Positions 30,780 to 39,810 of a DNA stretch of 64,000 nucleotides are shown one piece after another. A program made the translations under genes and the position numbers. Origin of the DNA: an uncultured virus (IMG/VR IMGVR_UViG_3300025732_000031) (taxonomy: Duplodnaviria > Heunggongvirae > Uroviricota > Caudoviricetes); IMG/VR virus record IMGVR_UViG_3300025732_000031, one strand, 5' to 3'. Each line of letters begins with the position of its first letter. Positions within the stretch are counted from its first letter, which is position 1. The notes under the pieces were generated by a model, which saw nothing but the letters and a program-made list of their open reading frames with translations, did no database searches and was not told the origin of the DNA.

Positions 30780-31220
30780 ATGAGTTATAAAGGCTATTTC
30801 AAACCCAAACACCCTAAAAAATACAAAGGAAATCCAACTAATATTATTTATAGATCTTTGTATGAACTAAAATTGATGAGCTATTTGGATAAGAATTCCA
30901 ATGTTTTAGAGTGGGCTAGTGAAGAATTTTTCATTCCTTATGTATCACCCATAGATGGAAAAGTACATAGATATTTTCCTGATTTTTGGATTAAGAAAAT
31001 AAATAAAGAAGGTTTAGTAGAAACAGTAGTCATAGAAGTTAAACCACAAAAACAAACTATACCGCCTACTCCTCAAAAAACTATAACCAAACAGTATTTA
31101 TATGAAGTTCAAACATGGGGTGTCAATCAAGCAAAATGGGAAGCAGCTAACAAATATTGTTCTAGTAAAAACTGGAAGTTTGTAATAGCAACAGAAAAAG
31201 AATTAGGAATAATGGTTTAA
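30780..31220 (+). CDS. gp4: Head completion protein gp4 (TnsA-like nuclease fold)
   Basis: YKGYFKPKHPKKYKGNPTNIIYRS..E, W.SEE..IPY.SP.DG..HRYFPDF, IEVKP, NQAKWEAA. Confidence 0.9.
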   Translation: MSYKGYFKPKHPKKYKGNPTNIIYRSLYELKLMSYLDKNSNVLEWASEEFFIPYVSPIDGKVHRYFPDFWIKKINKEGLVETVVIEVKPQKQTIPPTPQKTITKQYLYEVQTWGVNQAKWEAANKYCSSKNWKFVIATEKELGIMV

Positions 31221-31837
31221 TGGCTACAAAAGATTCTTACACGCAATTGCTCGAACAAAGTCATTCTCAGAAGTTTGAGAATGATAGAAAGTCAAGAGAG
31301 TGGTTCAGAACTAAATCTGAGACCATCAATAAGACATCTCTATCTCCATTGAACACGATAAATGATAGAAAACATGTAACTGGAATAAGATCTATTCGTG
31401 AAATAGGTAGTTTATATCTCTTTAATTATAACCCCAAAACTAAACAAACATTAAATTATTATGATACGTTTCCCATAGTTTTTCCGTTTAACATAACAAA
31501 ATCTGGTTTTTTAGGATTAAATTTACACTACTTGCCTCCTACGTATCGAGCTATATTGATGGACAACTTGTATATTCTATCTAACTCAAATGATTATAAA
31601 AAAGATACTACTCGATTGCAAAAAATGACTTATTCTTATTTAAATTCGCAAAGAAATTTTAGATTTTTTGCTCCATGTGTAAAGACCTACTTAAATAGTC
31701 AAATTCGATCCAAGATTGCTTTCATTCCTCCAAGCGAATGGGAGTTAGCTTTGTTTCTGCCTTTACAAAGATTTCAAAAAAAGTCAGAGACACAAGTTTG
31801 GAAAGAAAGTCTAGCACAAATACAGAAAAGGAAATAA
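31220..31837 (+). CDS. gp2: DNA end protector protein gp2
   Basis: Y.PKTK..L.YYD.FP, GFLGLNLHYLPP..R, PCVK.YL, W..ALFLP. Confidence 0.88.
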   Translation: MATKDSYTQLLEQSHSQKFENDRKSREWFRTKSETINKTSLSPLNTINDRKHVTGIRSIREIGSLYLFNYNPKTKQTLNYYDTFPIVFPFNITKSGFLGLNLHYLPPTYRAILMDNLYILSNSNDYKKDTTRLQKMTYSYLNSQRNFRFFAPCVKTYLNSQIRSKIAFIPPSEWELALFLPLQRFQKKSETQVWKESLAQIQKRK

Positions 31838-31840
31838 AAG

Positions 31841-32680
31841 ATGGCAACAATCTTAGATTCCATAACCGGTAAATTAGGATCAGTTATCGGTCTTAATGGA
31901 ACTATGCCTCAAAGAAAAACTGTTGGTTTTTCTATAGAAGAATTTAAATCTACACTTAGTCAATATGACGGGGTTTTACCTACTAACTTGTTTTTAGTGA
32001 CGATGTATCCAAAAATTACGGCTGGAACATTTGGATCTTATTTTTTGTCTTCTCAAGGCCCGAGGACACTTTCTTTTTTCACAATGAAAGCTGATCTTCC
32101 TGGAATAGATATAGCTGTCGATGAAAACATTCCTAATGGAATAGGTGCAGTCGAAAGGTTTCCTCATGCAGCTATCTATGGAGACATAGATCTTACATTT
32201 ATTGGTGATGGCGCAGGTGCTGTTATGTCTCTTTTTCATAATTGGCTAACTTCAATCGTAGAATTTCAAACAAACACCGATGGCGGACCTCCGGGAACAA
32301 ATTTTTATAAAGTCGGATATAGAGACGATTATACATGTTCAATGGAGATTTCGGTTTATAACACATATTCAGATAGAATTTTGTTGTATAAACTAACAGA
32401 TGCTTTTCCATATAGGTTATCACAGGTGCCTCTACAATGGGCCGATAACTCAGGATTCATGACATTCAATGCTAGTTTCTATTATAAGTCATGGGTCTCT
32501 CAACAATTTTCTGCAACTGAAGGTGTCACTACTGGTCTTTCATTTGTTCAAAAGTTAATTAAGGCTGGAACAATAGTACAAACTTTAGCTACTCTCAAGA
32601 AACCACAGGGTGTTGGAGATGCTATAAACTTAGTCAACAACGCAAATATAATAAGCACTGGATTGGGTGTTTTTAGATAA
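31841..32680 (+). CDS. gp54: Tail tube initiator / tube-like protein (gp54-like)
   Basis: Tube-fold motifs (LPG, F..W...I, L.DAFP..LS...L.W, F.Y..W); synteny gp2-gp54-gp26. Confidence 0.6.
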   Translation: MATILDSITGKLGSVIGLNGTMPQRKTVGFSIEEFKSTLSQYDGVLPTNLFLVTMYPKITAGTFGSYFLSSQGPRTLSFFTMKADLPGIDIAVDENIPNGIGAVERFPHAAIYGDIDLTFIGDGAGAVMSLFHNWLTSIVEFQTNTDGGPPGTNFYKVGYRDDYTCSMEISVYNTYSDRILLYKLTDAFPYRLSQVPLQWADNSGFMTFNASFYYKSWVSQQFSATEGVTTGLSFVQKLIKAGTIVQTLATLKKPQGVGDAINLVNNANIISTGLGVFR

Positions 32681-32697
32681 TATAGGAGTTATATAGA

Positions 32698-33396
32698 ATG
32701 GCTTTACCAAAGATTCAAACGCCGATGTTTTTTATTAAGATTCCTTCTTTACAGAAAGAACTTAAATTTCGTCCTTTTCTTGTAAAAGAAGAAAAGCTTT
32801 TGTTAATGGCACAGCAATCGAACGATAACGAAGAAGTGTTAGCTTTGCAACAAATAATCAATAATTGCTGCTTAGATAACATAGATACTGATAAGCTTAC
32901 TACATTTGACGTTGAATATATTTTTCTAAAGCTGAGAGCTAGATCTGTCAATAATATAGTAAAGCTTCGTTATAGGGACACAGAAGACGATCAAATATAC
33001 GAATTTGAATTAAACTTGGATGATATTGAAGTTATATTCGATGAGAATCATTCAAATAAAATTCAAATAAATGAAGAGATAGGAATGATTTTAAAATATC
33101 CCAATATAAAAGTTGGAGAAAAAGTATCAAAAGCTTCCGATGATAATGACATGCTAAATAAAATTCTTATAAATTGTATAGATGTAATTTACGATAAAGA
33201 AAAAGTTTACCCTGCAAAAGATAGCACTGAAGAAGAACTGATAGATTTTATAGAAAATTTGGATACAAAATCATTTAAAAAAATAGAGAACTTCTTTACG
33301 ACGATGCCTAAGTTATATCATGAAATTAAATATGAAAATTCATTAGGTAATACTCGTAAAATTAAATTGAGTACATTAAAAGATTTTTTTACGTAG
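32698..33396 (+). CDS. gp26: Baseplate hub assembly protein gp26
   Basis: MALPKI..P, FRPFLVKEEKLLLMA, FDVEYIFLKLRARSV, FF.TMPKL, C-terminal L.DFF; good RBS (AGGAG). Confidence 0.88.
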   Translation: MALPKIQTPMFFIKIPSLQKELKFRPFLVKEEKLLLMAQQSNDNEEVLALQQIINNCCLDNIDTDKLTTFDVEYIFLKLRARSVNNIVKLRYRDTEDDQIYEFELNLDDIEVIFDENHSNKIQINEEIGMILKYPNIKVGEKVSKASDDNDMLNKILINCIDVIYDKEKVYPAKDSTEEELIDFIENLDTKSFKKIENFFTTMPKLYHEIKYENSLGNTRKIKLSTLKDFFT

Positions 33397-33428
33397 GGCT
33401 GAGTCACAATAGTCTCAAAAACTATTAC

Positions 33429-33569
33429 ATGACTGTTTTTGCGTTGGCTCAGCACCACAAATATTCGATAACTGAAATAGATGAGCTTATACCATTCGAG
33501 AGGGACATATATGTCGAGATGCTTTTGCAGTACCTTAAAGAAGAAAAGGAAAGAAGAGAGAAGCCATAA
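33429..33569 (+). CDS. gp51: gp51-like baseplate hub assembly catalyst (not in ORF track; frame open from 33366, possibly reached by -1 frameshift)
   Basis: Hand translation MTVFALAQHHKYSITEIDELIPFERDIYVEMLLQYLKEEKERREKP matches the QHHKYS..E...P.ER.IY motif of gp51-annotated proteins in T4-like phages. Confidence 0.75.
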   Translation: MTVFALAQHHKYSITEIDELIPFERDIYVEMLLQYLKEEKERREKP

Positions 33570-33571
33570 AG

Positions 33572-33841
33572 ATGCCAGAACAAGACAACATAGACTTAAA
33601 TGGCGATGGGAAAGTTACTAAAGTGGAAGAACAAATAACAGAAGATAAATTTAAAAACAGAAGAAGAATGGCTTGGGTTGCTATGATTTGCTTAGCAGTA
33701 TACACGGCTGTTCTCTTTACACCTTTAGTAGATTCTGCAAGAATAAAATCTTTGGAGAATATTCTCGATATGTTTTACATAGCCATGGCTTCTATCGTAG
33801 GTGCTTACATGGGATTCGCAACCTGGGCTAATAAGAAATAA
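33572..33841 (+). CDS. Small two-helix membrane protein with EF-hand-like N-terminal loop
   Basis: DLNGDGKVT loop, RRRMAW then two hydrophobic helices. Confidence 0.55.
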   Translation: MPEQDNIDLNGDGKVTKVEEQITEDKFKNRRRMAWVAMICLAVYTAVLFTPLVDSARIKSLENILDMFYIAMASIVGAYMGFATWANKK

Positions 33842-33845
33842 ATCA

Positions 33846-35624
33846 ATGATTAACATATCAGAAAAAGCTCTGTTTATTCTTAAGTCCAAATTGGATTTAG
33901 ATTATAAAGAAGAAGAAGTTATAAGAAATAACTTTTTTGATAAGCCGATTGAGGCTAAAAAAGAGCAGATAGAAGCAGAAAAGTCGATCTTAAAAGACAT
34001 ATTGTCAAACTTTATCAAGATTAATCAATCATTTGATAATGTTATCAAACTTTTAACAAGCAATCAAGAAGCAATTGCTTTACCAGAAGAACCAACAGTT
34101 GATGCAATAAACATTAACGATGATGCGGAAAGTAATACAAAAAGAAAGAAAAAAGGTGGTGGATTACTAGGAGCAGCTGGATTAGCATTATTTGCATTTT
34201 CTCCTGCTATTCTTGATTATTTAAAAGAATTAGGTGATGACCCTGAAAAAATAAAAGAAACTTTGAAAAAAGCTTTTGATTGGTTTACGAATGATCTTCC
34301 TAAGTTCTTTAAAAATGATTTGGCACCAATCGTTAGTAACTTCCTCGATAAAGAAGTGATTGGAAGCATTACTGGAATGGATATATTGAAGTCTGCAGGA
34401 TTAGCTACGATTCTTTATGCAGGTAAAGGTGTAATATTAAACTTATTAACCAAAGCTTTGTTTAGCACAACGGGCTGGTTTCTAAAATCATTGTTAGGAT
34501 TTTTAGTTTCACCTTTGGGACTCGCAGCATTAGCAGCGACTGGATTTGCTGCATTGTTGATGAAAGGTGTATCTGCTATTGGTGAATACGGAGATAAGAA
34601 AAGAGAAGAAGAAGCAAAAGAAAAATGGGATGCTGAAAGAGCTGCAGAAGCAGCGCCATATGTAGAAGCAAACAACATTACTAAAGAAGTGATGGACGCT
34701 GCGCCCGAAGATATTAGACAAAAAGGAAGTAGTGTAAGAGGAATAATTGCAGGAAAAGTTCAAAAGATTTTAAAATCTAAAGATGCCGAGACGTTTAAAA
34801 GTCTATCTCCAGACAAAAAATGGAAAATGGTTGAAGGTACATTAACGGTAGATGAAAAAAGAAGTCTTATTGGAAAGAAGAAGACTGCAGCAGATGTAGC
34901 ATCAGAAAATAAATCAGGAACAGATTTATTAGATGCTAAAGTAGCTCAAATGTTTCCAGATGCTACAATGGTTACACAAGATGATTACAAGACTAAATTA
35001 TTAGGTACAACAGAACAAAGGAAAGCAGCTAGAGAAGCTCTTGAAAAAGAAGGTGTTAAAGCTGAAGCGGACCCAGTAATAAAAAGTGCAGGAGAAACTG
35101 AATTAGAAGCTAAGCCAATGCCTACTAGGAATCCTAATGCGATTCCTATTGATACGTCAAACACTGTTGACGCTTCAACCGGTAAAGGAACACCGTCTTA
35201 TGGAGCGTATGGCACAGAAGATGCAGTACCAGAATCTTCTGCAACTCAAACACCTCAAACATATGATCAAAAAATAGAATCTGAAGAAGCTGCTTTTGAC
35301 GCTAGGATGGAACAAAAAAATAGTGGACCAAATGTCACTAAAGTTGAATCTGGCACTTTACCTTTATCAAATTGGGTTGAACAGCAGAAAGCTAATATGA
35401 TGGGTGAGCAAATAGGAAATGCAAGTGTGCAAGCTCAAGCACCTAAACCACTAAGACCAATTATTATCAATGCTCCTACTCAACAACGAAATCAAAGACC
35501 AATGATAAAACCTGGTGATTCTTGGAATATAAATGATGTTCCAGATCCTTCTCCAACTCTAGGAAATATTATGTCTCAGCTATTTGTTTCTGATACTAAT
35601 TTTTCAGGAGCGATTGCTAGATGA
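33846..35624 (+). CDS. Tape-measure-like / hub protein (gp29-like position), paralog 1
   Basis: Helical with hydrophobic Gly/Ala/Leu segments; follows gp26/gp51; ATG at 33846 preferred to the track start at 33801 because it avoids overlap. Confidence 0.5.
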   Translation: MINISEKALFILKSKLDLDYKEEEVIRNNFFDKPIEAKKEQIEAEKSILKDILSNFIKINQSFDNVIKLLTSNQEAIALPEEPTVDAININDDAESNTKRKKKGGGLLGAAGLALFAFSPAILDYLKELGDDPEKIKETLKKAFDWFTNDLPKFFKNDLAPIVSNFLDKEVIGSITGMDILKSAGLATILYAGKGVILNLLTKALFSTTGWFLKSLLGFLVSPLGLAALAATGFAALLMKGVSAIGEYGDKKREEEAKEKWDAERAAEAAPYVEANNITKEVMDAAPEDIRQKGSSVRGIIAGKVQKILKSKDAETFKSLSPDKKWKMVEGTLTVDEKRSLIGKKKTAADVASENKSGTDLLDAKVAQMFPDATMVTQDDYKTKLLGTTEQRKAAREALEKEGVKAEADPVIKSAGETELEAKPMPTRNPNAIPIDTSNTVDASTGKGTPSYGAYGTEDAVPESSATQTPQTYDQKIESEEAAFDARMEQKNSGPNVTKVESGTLPLSNWVEQQKANMMGEQIGNASVQAQAPKPLRPIIINAPTQQRNQRPMIKPGDSWNINDVPDPSPTLGNIMSQLFVSDTNFSGAIAR

Positions 35625-37378
35625 ACGAGAAAGAAAATGAAAATATCAAAGAAACTAAACAAGAAATACTAAAGAATATTTTATCAGAAGTTAGCTTATT
35701 TGCTAATTCTGTTAAATCACTTGAATTAAATCTTTATGAAAAAGAACAAGCAGTTGAAGCAGCAAAAGTAGAAACTTTTCTAGAAAAAGAAAGTGATCAA
35801 CCAGAAGCTGTTCCTGTTGATGAAACTGGAGAAGAAATTGAAGAAGCAGAATCAGAAGAAGAGGGAAGCTTTTTTAAGATAATTAAGAATGCGTTGGGTT
35901 TTATTGTTGTATTACTTCCGTTGCTATTTGCTAACTTTGATAAAATTAAAAAGATGTTTGGGGATTTACCAGATATAATGAAGATGTCTTTTAAAGACAT
36001 CATACTTTTGTTATTTAAAAATATTCAAAAAGCTATAGACAAGTATGTCTTCACTCCTATAGGCAATTACTTAAAAGATACTGTTTCAGAGTTGTGGAGA
36101 TCATTAGTTCTTTCAGTTGAAGAAACATTTGTAGGTGTTATATCGTCTTTGCCTACATTCTTAAAAGATAATTTACCTGATATTGTCAAAGAATTAACAC
36201 AAAGCGCGGCAGATGATATTGCAAAAGGTAAAGATGCTGGAAAGCAACCAGAAGTTCAGCTTACTGTAGGAAGTACTGGATCATTTGGTGCTACAGAAAG
36301 TGCTCAATTTGGTGGAGAATATAAGCCACCAGAGTACGGAACTCCAGCTCCTCCACCGCCTAAACCAGTATCTTCTAATGCTTATGATGAAATGATTAGA
36401 GCTGAAGAAGAAGCTTTTGATGCTAGAATGGAGCAAAAAAGTAGTGGTCCAGACGTTACTAGAGTTGAATCTGGAACTTTACCTTTATCTGATTGGGCAG
36501 AAAGCCAAGGATCTTCTGTAAGCTCTTATAAGGTTTCACCAGAAAAACCATCTGCAGATGCAGTAAAAGAAAAGAAAACTAAATCTTATGGTAAAGCAAA
36601 AACGATATCACCGGGGACCGCAGTTTCTGGTGCTCCTGGAACTGTAGTTAAAATATTGGAAATTGGTCCTGGCTATAATGTTTTAGAGATGGAAGATGGA
36701 AGTATCCAAAAAAGAAAAGGTGATAGAAATTGGAGAAATAACAATCCAGGAAATATATCTTATGGTGATTTTGCTAAAGGCAAAGGTGCAATAGGAACAG
36801 ATGGAAGATTTGCTATATTCCCAACATATGAAATGGGAAGGCAAGCAAAGATCGATTTGATTTTTAAAGGTTCTGGTTATAGAAACTTATCACTAAAACA
36901 AGCTATATATCGTTATGCTCCGCCTAATGAAAATGATAGCGAAAGATATTATCAATCGGTTTTAAGTGCTGTAGGCGGAGAAGATAAGCAGATGAGTGAA
37001 TATAGCTCCGATGAGCAAATAGCTATAGTCAACACTATGCAAAAAATGGAAGGATTCAGAATTGGATCAGTAGATATTCTTCAAGCATCTGAGCCAGAAA
37101 CAATGGTGGCAGAAGCAGCGCAAGCTCCTGCAATTCCAGCAGAAACCGCACCAGCTTCAACTGGTTCAACTATTGCTCAAGCGTCTCAAGAAGTTAAAGC
37201 TTCAACAGAAGAAGCAGAAGAACAACAGCAACAAATTGTTGTTCAAACTGCTATGGCTTCGCAGCCAATGCCTCAAATTGAAAATACACAAAGAATGGCT
37301 GGCGCTGGAGTTGGAAGTTCCAAAGCGCCAGCCAATGCTATTCAGAGAAGTTACTCTGACTATTTTGCTGTAGCTTAG
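35621..37378 (+). CDS. Tape-measure-like protein, paralog 2, with RNNNPGNI lysozyme-like domain
   Basis: WRNNNPGNI...DGRFAIFPT...G...I.RYAPP.END...Y motif of virion-associated muramidase-like domains; ATGA overlap with paralog 1. Confidence 0.6.
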   Translation: MNEKENENIKETKQEILKNILSEVSLFANSVKSLELNLYEKEQAVEAAKVETFLEKESDQPEAVPVDETGEEIEEAESEEEGSFFKIIKNALGFIVVLLPLLFANFDKIKKMFGDLPDIMKMSFKDIILLLFKNIQKAIDKYVFTPIGNYLKDTVSELWRSLVLSVEETFVGVISSLPTFLKDNLPDIVKELTQSAADDIAKGKDAGKQPEVQLTVGSTGSFGATESAQFGGEYKPPEYGTPAPPPPKPVSSNAYDEMIRAEEEAFDARMEQKSSGPDVTRVESGTLPLSDWAESQGSSVSSYKVSPEKPSADAVKEKKTKSYGKAKTISPGTAVSGAPGTVVKILEIGPGYNVLEMEDGSIQKRKGDRNWRNNNPGNISYGDFAKGKGAIGTDGRFAIFPTYEMGRQAKIDLIFKGSGYRNLSLKQAIYRYAPPNENDSERYYQSVLSAVGGEDKQMSEYSSDEQIAIVNTMQKMEGFRIGSVDILQASEPETMVAEAAQAPAIPAETAPASTGSTIAQASQEVKASTEEAEEQQQQIVVQTAMASQPMPQIENTQRMAGAGVGSSKAPANAIQRSYSDYFAVA

Positions 37379-38283
37379 TCTTCTTCAGCTAGCTTCTTAA
37401 AGAAATCTAGCCCTTCGTCGTCATCATCCCACGATACTTCCTCAGTAGACTTTGCTTGCTTAGCCTTGAAAGTAGGAGCTTCAGCATGAAGACTTGCTGT
37501 TTCAGCTGATTCACTGATTTTTGCACGTTCCTCAAACTGATTCTGATTCCAACCAAGAACTCGATGAAGCCTCGTCTTAAGTTCATCATATGACTTGAAG
37601 TTAGAAGGCTCAAGGAAAGCCTTGAGCGAATGCTCTTGCTTCCAAACCTTTTCTAGTTCTTCATCGTCATTCAGCAAAGGTGACTTAGAGTCAAACTCAG
37701 ACTTATCATAGTTACGATACCCTTCAACCTGACGAATCTTGAGCTTGAAGTTAGAACCTTCCCAAAAATCAAATGGGTTTACTGGTTCTTCATCCTGAAA
37801 CTGAGGAGTCATTAGGTCATTGAGCTTATCAAAGATCTTCTTACCATACTGGTAAAGAAAGACTTTGCCTTCGTTCTGAGGATTAGCTGGATCCTTGACT
37901 ACATAAATGTTGCTGATGTAGTGTAGACGGCGCTTCTGCTTACGAACAACTTCCTTGTTTTCTTCAACGCCTGAGTTCCAGAGTTGAGTGTTGTACTCAG
38001 ATACCGGATCCTTCTGACCAAGAGTAGTTAGTGACTTTTCAATATACCAACCGCCTGGACCCTGAAATCCATGATCCCAGATACGAACAAAAGGAGTGTC
38101 CTCGCCTGCGGGTGCGGGCAGGAAGCGAATTACCGCGTACCCATTACCAGCCTTATCAGTCTCAGGCTTCCAAAAGCGATTGTCGTCCTTAGATTCATAA
38201 GCACCTTGCTTATTGATCTCGCTGGCAAGCTTTTCAAACTGTGACTGACGATTGTTTTTAAGTTGTGCAAAAGATGTTGTCAT
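37375..38283 (-). CDS. gp32: Single-stranded DNA-binding protein gp32
   Basis: DKAGNGYAVIRFLPAP, HGFQGPGGWYIE.SLTT, YGKKIFDK, NYDKSEF, acidic C-tail. Confidence 0.95.
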   Translation of the reverse strand: MTTSFAQLKNNRQSQFEKLASEINKQGAYESKDDNRFWKPETDKAGNGYAVIRFLPAPAGEDTPFVRIWDHGFQGPGGWYIEKSLTTLGQKDPVSEYNTQLWNSGVEENKEVVRKQKRRLHYISNIYVVKDPANPQNEGKVFLYQYGKKIFDKLNDLMTPQFQDEEPVNPFDFWEGSNFKLKIRQVEGYRNYDKSEFDSKSPLLNDDEELEKVWKQEHSLKAFLEPSNFKSYDELKTRLHRVLGWNQNQFEERAKISESAETASLHAEAPTFKAKQAKSTEEVSWDDDDEGLDFFKKLAEED

Positions 38284-38420
38284 TTGTATTTACCTCGTAT
38301 TACAGTGTATTACAGTGTATTTGTATATTTACTTATATGATAATATTCTCTGTTCAATGAATATCCATAAAATAGTGAATATTACAAACTTATTTATTCT
38401 ATCACATATAGAATAATAAT
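38284..38420 (-). promoter_or_regulatory. gp32 leader: AATAC-type repeats around the RBS, AATAAATA late-type box and 9-bp inverted repeat
   Basis: Minus strand reads AAATACACTGT-AATACACTGT-AATACGAGGT-AAATACAA-ATG; inverted repeat TTATTCTAT/ATAGAATAA at 38394-38416. Confidence 0.6.
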
Positions 38421-39001
38421 TACATATCAAATCTACTCTTGAGCAGATTAACATATGTTCGTTTATCAAACTTTAGGAACGATTGATACTTCTGACACTT
38501 CTTAAAAATGTCAGGCCAAACCACCGTGTCTTTTATGGTTTTGTTCCAATGTTTGAAGATGTTTAAAATTTCATTGATAATGATAAGAGTTTCTAGACAT
38601 ATTTCATTTCTAAAATAGAGAACAAGAGCTAGAGGGTACTCTCCGTCTTTTGATTTAAAATTCAAATTCATATCATCATCAAGTTTAGATAGATCATTTT
38701 GAAAAACATATGATAATGATTCTTGACGCTTTAACCAGTTAATATAGACTTCTTCAGACTCTGACGACAAAAGATCGCCAATCCACGACTTGTCACTATT
38801 CAACATGTTTGCTATCAAGTAACCTTCTACGTCTTTTTTCTTTGACAGCTTATAAAACATGTACTTGTCTTTACGCACATCGAATGACGTGCTCTTGGCG
38901 TTAACTTTTCCATTGTACTTGAAATAGTCATAGCTATCTCTTGTAAAATGTTGTTTTAACGCTAAGTATTTCTTGTACGCCTCAAACGGTTCCATGATCA
39001 T
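38420..39001 (-). CDS. gp59: Helicase loader gp59
   Basis: YLALKQHF...YDYFKYNGK, F..RKDKY.F.KL, I.LETL; synteny gp33-gp59-gp32. Confidence 0.85.
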   Translation of the reverse strand: MIMEPFEAYKKYLALKQHFTRDSYDYFKYNGKVNAKSTSFDVRKDKYMFYKLSKKKDVEGYLIANMLNSDKSWIGDLLSSESEEVYINWLKRQESLSYVFQNDLSKLDDDMNLNFKSKDGEYPLALVLYFRNEICLETLIIINEILNIFKHWNKTIKDTVVWPDIFKKCQKYQSFLKFDKRTYVNLLKSRFDM

Positions 39002-39240
39002 ATTGGAAGCTTAGCACTTTTAGCAATATAATTTTTTTCTTCAGCAGCTAATTGTACTTTAGCTTTAATCTTACTTGAGCTTTTTACGAGGGAAGCAGCT
39101 GTTTCGATTTCAATATTGTTTTTTTCACAATAATAAACAACTGCGTCTATGTAATCGAGTTGAAAATCATTCACCAACGCATCAATTTCTTTGATGAAGT
39201 CTTGAACTGATTTTACTGAATTGATTTTAATTTTTTTCAT
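38998..39240 (-). CDS. gp33: Late transcription coactivator gp33
   Basis: YIDAVVYYCEKNNIEIE...LV...K.K....A...N; synteny. Confidence 0.8.
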   Translation of the reverse strand: MKKIKINSVKSVQDFIKEIDALVNDFQLDYIDAVVYYCEKNNIEIETAASLVKSSSKIKAKVQLAAEEKNYIAKSAKLPI

Positions 39241-39776
39241 AGTTTGTAAAAAATATGTTTTCCTATAGAAGCAGTTCTTCGAGCACCGATTCTTATAAAG
39301 GGGTTATGGATACGTCTATGGTGAAAAAATGTAGCTCCTTTCGTGTTATCCTCAATATGATCATAATTCATGATTACATATTCAGCTATTTTCTTGCTTT
39401 CATTATAAGTATTTCTGTAATAGACTCTTCTCAGACCTTTACACACCCAAGTGAATTGACATTTCCATTTTGTTCTTTGATAAACTACATCACAAATAGT
39501 ATCAGGGAAATATTCGTGCTTTAACCGATTCAACGTGACTAGTGCAACTGCTATTTTTGCGCTTTCTGTGTCGTTACCAGCTTCAAAGTATACGTTATCG
39601 GTTAAACACTTTAATTGTTTTTGATTGATCACTTTGTTATATGGTCTGTAGCCTACTTTTTCTATTAACATTACTTGTTTTGAAATAAAGTAACGATCAT
39701 TATAATGAATTAACGTTTGATTGTGTGCTATAGAAGGGATACACAAAATGATCCCAATTAGTATTGTTTTAAACAT
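39237..39776 (-). CDS. SleB-like cell wall hydrolase (Hydrolase_2) with N-terminal signal-like segment
   Basis: CLTDNVYFEA...VA.VTLNR...FPDTICDVVYQ...CQFTW, GATFFH, IGKHIFY. Confidence 0.85.
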   Translation of the reverse strand: MFKTILIGIILCIPSIAHNQTLIHYNDRYFISKQVMLIEKVGYRPYNKVINQKQLKCLTDNVYFEAGNDTESAKIAVALVTLNRLKHEYFPDTICDVVYQRTKWKCQFTWVCKGLRRVYYRNTYNESKKIAEYVIMNYDHIEDNTKGATFFHHRRIHNPFIRIGARRTASIGKHIFYKL

Positions 39777-39810
39777 TTTGATCTCCTTATTTAAGGGAGA
39801 GGACTATGTC

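Noticed and set aside
30780..31220. TnsA-like gene as evidence of a Tn7 transposon
   Set aside because: This is the T4 gp4 head completion protein in its usual gp4-gp2 context; no other tns genes or transposon ends are seen.
33394..33402. Stop-codon readthrough or TAG recoding at the end of gp26
   Set aside because: The in-frame TAG is followed one codon later by TGA, and the gp51-like sequence is in the -1 frame. Genes across the window are intact under code 11 and no suppressor tRNA is present.
35281..36497. Diversity-generating retroelement template/variable repeat pair
   Set aside because: Mismatches are not confined to adenines and many are synonymous; no reverse transcriptase is present in the window.
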